A stretch of DNA of 44,498 nt, taken from positions 1-44,498 of the forward strand of contig JBIIGH010000001.1 in assembly GCA_044236565.1 (NCBI GenBank), written 5' to 3'. The DNA is from Algoriphagus sp. (lineage in GTDB: Bacteria; Bacteroidota; Bacteroidia; Cytophagales; Cyclobacteriaceae). The notes below the pieces were generated by a model, which was not told the origin of the DNA, searched no databases, and worked only from the letters and a program-made list of their open reading frames with translations. The position numbers and the translations under genes were made by a program. Of the stretch, positions 41,580 through 44,498 are shown piece after piece (the first letter of the stretch is position 1; each line of letters starts with the position of its first letter).

Positions 41580-43148
41580 TTAGCGGGTATGAATCATATA
41601 TTTTTCAGCTATTTTATTAAAATTAATTAATTCCGAAGCAATCCAGCTTTCATCCTTTTGAAGGACCTTGGCCATGGTGGTTGCTACCCGTTCTGCTGCT
41701 GCTACCGCCGCTTCTGGATCGAGAATTAAAAATCGTATTCTCCGAGAAAGCACATCTTCTACGGTGAGGGCCATTTCCTGCTCGCATGCCCAAACTACCT
41801 CCGCTAGAATATTTGGGAAGTGGGGATGAATGAGTTCCGCCAACGCTGGATCTTGAACTGCCAGCGTTTGGATTTTTTGGGCGTCCGACCCATACACTGC
41901 CCAGTGTCCAGCAGGAATAGTTTCGGTGTAGCCATGAATGTGTTGCTTCGATGTGGCACTTGCAGGGATGGCTTTGCCGGTGATTTGGGTAAAAAAGTTA
42001 ACGGTATCTTCTCCCATTTTACGGTAGGTAGTCCATTTTCCTCCGATGAGGGAAACTAGTCCACTTGGAGAGACGATAACTTTATGGGAGCGAGAGATTT
42101 CCTTGGTTTTGGTGCTTCCTTCTTGCGGTCGAGCAAGCGGTCGAAGACCAGCAAAAACTGCCTTTACATCTTTCCGTATTGGTTTACGAGTTAAATAAGC
42201 CCCTGCCGTTTCCAATACAAAATCAATTTCCTGTTGAAGGGCTTCTGGCTCTAGTTTGGCTTTTTCGCGGATCGTATCGGTGGTGCCCAGCAGGAGTTTG
42301 CCGTGCCAAGGCACACCAAATAAAACTCGTCCATCCTTGGTTTTAGGAATCATCAGCGCATCCTTGTCTCCTAAAAAACTCAAATCTAAAATCAGGTGGA
42401 TTCCTTGACTGGGTTGAATCGTTTTGGCTGCCTGTGGGTTATCAAGTTTCAGAATTTTATCCGCAAAGACACCCGTGGCATTGACGATCATTTTGGCTTG
42501 GACCTGAATGCTTTCTTTGCGATTTAGGTCTTGAACTTTTAGTCCCGTCAGCTTGCCGCTAGCATCTTTGCTCAGCCCTGTGATCTTGGCATAGTTGAGG
42601 AGGCAAGCCCCGAGCTCATCCGCCGTTTGTGCGAGGTGAATGGCCAGTCGTGCATCGTCAAACTGCCCGTCGTAGTAACAAACTGCTCCTTGGAGCTCTT
42701 TCGCTTGAAGCTGGGGAAGGCGTCGAAGGGTTTCATCCTTGGAGACGAATTTGGAGGAGCCGAGGCTGAGGCTGCCAGCCATCCAATCGTAGATTTTCAG
42801 CCCGACGCTGTATTGGATCCTTTCCCACCAGGAATAGATCGGGATGAGGAAGGACTGTTTGTGGGTGAGGTGAGGGGCGTTTTTGAGGAGAAGTCCACGC
42901 TCTTTGAGGGCTTCAAAGACTAGCGAGAGTTGCCCTTGGGCTAGGTAGCGCACTCCGCCATGAATCAATTTGGTACTTCTGCTGGAGGTGCCTTTGGCCA
43001 AGTCGGCTTTTTCAAATAGGGCAACAGCTAGTCCTCTGGAGGCAGCATCCAAGGCCACGCCTAGGCCTGAGGCTCCGCCACCGATGATGGCGATGTCCCA
43101 AACCTTGTTTTTTTCGTGAAGACGGTGGAGGTTGATCTCCCGGTTCAT
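41580..43148 (-). CDS. glpD: FAD-dependent glycerol-3-phosphate dehydrogenase/oxidase
   Basis: IIGGGASG, GTSSRSTKLIHGGVRYL, DGQFDDARL, AGLRPL, GGKWTTYRKM. Confidence 0.94.
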   Translation of the reverse strand: MNREINLHRLHEKNKVWDIAIIGGGASGLGVALDAASRGLAVALFEKADLAKGTSSRSTKLIHGGVRYLAQGQLSLVFEALKERGLLLKNAPHLTHKQSFLIPIYSWWERIQYSVGLKIYDWMAGSLSLGSSKFVSKDETLRRLPQLQAKELQGAVCYYDGQFDDARLAIHLAQTADELGACLLNYAKITGLSKDASGKLTGLKVQDLNRKESIQVQAKMIVNATGVFADKILKLDNPQAAKTIQPSQGIHLILDLSFLGDKDALMIPKTKDGRVLFGVPWHGKLLLGTTDTIREKAKLEPEALQQEIDFVLETAGAYLTRKPIRKDVKAVFAGLRPLARPQEGSTKTKEISRSHKVIVSPSGLVSLIGGKWTTYRKMGEDTVNFFTQITGKAIPASATSKQHIHGYTETIPAGHWAVYGSDAQKIQTLAVQDPALAELIHPHFPNILAEVVWACEQEMALTVEDVLSRRIRFLILDPEAAVAAAERVATTMAKVLQKDESWIASELINFNKIAEKYMIHTR

Positions 43149-43250
43149 GTAGCCTTGGTTTAGACTAAATGTAACTAGGAAAATGAGAAAATGGAATCTA
43201 GATTTTATTTAATCTGATTTCCCTCTTTTTCATCATAAACTAGAGAAAAA

Positions 43251-43359
43251 AAGGTTTGAGGTTCAATTAGATGAGCTGTGGACCGTTGACTGTGGTCTAT
43301 CAACGATTATCCGCCGTTTTAATAGGCGAGCTAGGCAAATGGCATGATTGCGGATAATT
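43251..43359 (+). repeat. Dispersed repeat copy D (similarity to copy C extends left to about 43200)
   Basis: AAGGTTTGAGGTTCAATTAGATGAGCTGTGGACCGTTGACTGTGGTC...GATTATCCGC...GCGGATAAT. Confidence 0.88.
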
Positions 43360-43366
43360 AAATAAT

Positions 43367-43864
43367 TTAAAACTCCTTGTAAAGTTTACGAACCACTTTG
43401 GCCCCATTTTTCTCTAGGGTCACTACATAAATAAAGTCGTATTCCAGGTCGGTCAAGTCTGCAAATTTTTCTCCTTCACCCACAAAAGCATTGGCCAGTT
43501 GGCTGACGGTATTGCTATGGCCCACTACGAGGATATTCCCTTCACTGCTCCGAAGGTCGGCAACAAAAGCTTCTTGATTTTTGGGATCATAATATTCTAC
43601 GGTTACTCCTGCCCCCGCTGCAGTGGGTTGAGCGGTATTTCGTGTGCGTGTATAATCGGTAGACAATACCCGTTTGATGCTTTCTTTTTCAAGAATCTGC
43701 GCTAGTTTTTTAGCGCGTACCTCTCCAACGTATGCGAGTTCCGGGTCTTGTCCTTCCAATTGCTTTTCGGCATGACGAACAATGTAGATCGTCTTGGGAG
43801 AGTTTTGTGCAGTACAGGCACTTAGAATTAGCAGAAAGCTGAAAAGGAGGATGTAATTTTTCAT
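43367..43864 (-). CDS. Histidine phosphatase (SixA/phosphoglycerate mutase family) lipoprotein
   Basis: Lipobox LSAC, RHAEK, RT..TA, LVVGHSNT. Confidence 0.88.
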   Translation of the reverse strand: MKNYILLFSFLLILSACTAQNSPKTIYIVRHAEKQLEGQDPELAYVGEVRAKKLAQILEKESIKRVLSTDYTRTRNTAQPTAAGAGVTVEYYDPKNQEAFVADLRSSEGNILVVGHSNTVSQLANAFVGEGEKFADLTDLEYDFIYVVTLEKNGAKVVRKLYKEF

Positions 43865-43884
43865 GAGTTAGCTAGGGGGACTAT

Positions 43885-44121
43885 GGAAATACGATTGAAA
43901 TATAATGGAAATAGCCTGAGCAAGCTCAGGGAAATAGAGAACTCAATTCGTATTTCTACTTATTTCAGGAAGCTGCCCGCCGCGGCGGGTATTTCCCTTT
44001 AGTATTTCACGAAGCGTAGCGGAGTCTATTTCTATTGTATTTCAATAAGTTATTTCACGTAGCCTGCCTTCCGCAGGCAGGCGCAGCGGAGTTTATTTCC
44101 ATCGTATTTCAATGGTATTTC
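43885..44121. repeat. Compound intergenic repeat: 11-nt-periodic GAAATA/TATTTC arms with nested GC-rich mini-palindromes
   Basis: GGAAATACGAT-TGAAATATAAT-GGAAATA versus TATTTCCATCG-TATTTCAATGG-TATTTC; CCTGAGCAAGCTCAGG, CCCGCCGCGGCGGG and CCTGCCTTCCGCAGGCAGG. Confidence 0.75.
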
Positions 44122-44127
44122 GTTTTA

Positions 44128-44498
44128 TCATCCCGAAAACGTATTATCCAAATGCTGATCCTTGGTTTTTACGGTTTCCAAGTCAAGAAACTGCTCCCAG
44201 AATTCAGTTTCAGGAAGTGCGGCTCTCAGAAAGAGTTTTTCCTTTTTGATGGGATGTTCAAACACCAGGTGGAATGCATGCAGGTTGATGCTCGCGTCAG
44301 GATTGGGTTTGGCAAAACCGTACTTCACATCTCCACGAATGGGGCAACCCATCGAAGCGAGCTGCACGCGAATTTGATGCGGTCGGCCAGAGATAGGACG
44401 AACCTCCAATAGGTAGTGGTCATTCATGTGGCCAAGCACCTTGTAGTTGAGTTCGGCCTTTTGGGAGCCAGGAACTTCCATCTCGTGGGCTGTCACAA
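44128..44498 (-). CDS. RluA family pseudouridine synthase, C-terminal part (5' end outside the window)
   Basis: GRPHQIRVQLASMGCPIRGDVKYG and LHA..L.F.HP. Confidence 0.9.
   Translation of the reverse strand, partial: VTAHEMEVPGSQKAELNYKVLGHMNDHYLLEVRPISGRPHQIRVQLASMGCPIRGDVKYGFAKPNPDASINLHAFHLVFEHPIKKEKLFLRAALPETEFWEQFLDLETVKTKDQHLDNTFSG

Overview
A gene-dense chromosomal window from a Bacteroidota genome, most likely Cyclobacteriaceae/Algoriphagus-like. This is inferred from a T9SS type-B substrate plus PorP/SprF pair, TAnnTTTG promoters and the gene content. Most genes are housekeeping or metabolic: rsmB-family methyltransferase, guaB, pyrD, ftsK, lolA, cvpA, yqeY, pdxJ, pheS, ytxJ, acs with an acetate-type SSS permease, a ZIP transporter, an ApbE-like protein, ruvB, kynU, glpD-glpK-glpF, a partial RluA, and an MFS/amylosucrase-like GH13/LacI sugar locus. 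I saw no rRNA, tRNA, CRISPR array, transposase or integrase. The unusual content is intergenic. (i) A ~1.05 kb cassette at 11298-12342 lies between pdxJ and an alpha/beta hydrolase. In it, a four-helix-bundle (23S-IVP/Avd-like) gene is embedded in about six copies of a ~110-130 bp unit with inverted heptamer-periodic (GTNNAC-N) arms. (ii) A related dispersed repeat carries a fixed GATTATCCGCA-N34-TGCGGATAATC hairpin. It occurs in four full copies and one partial copy, mostly just after stop codons, and two copies bracket ruvB in inverted orientation. (iii) Further palindromes with 7-, 8- and 11-nt periodic arms occur elsewhere. All annotation is by eye from motifs; no database searches were run.
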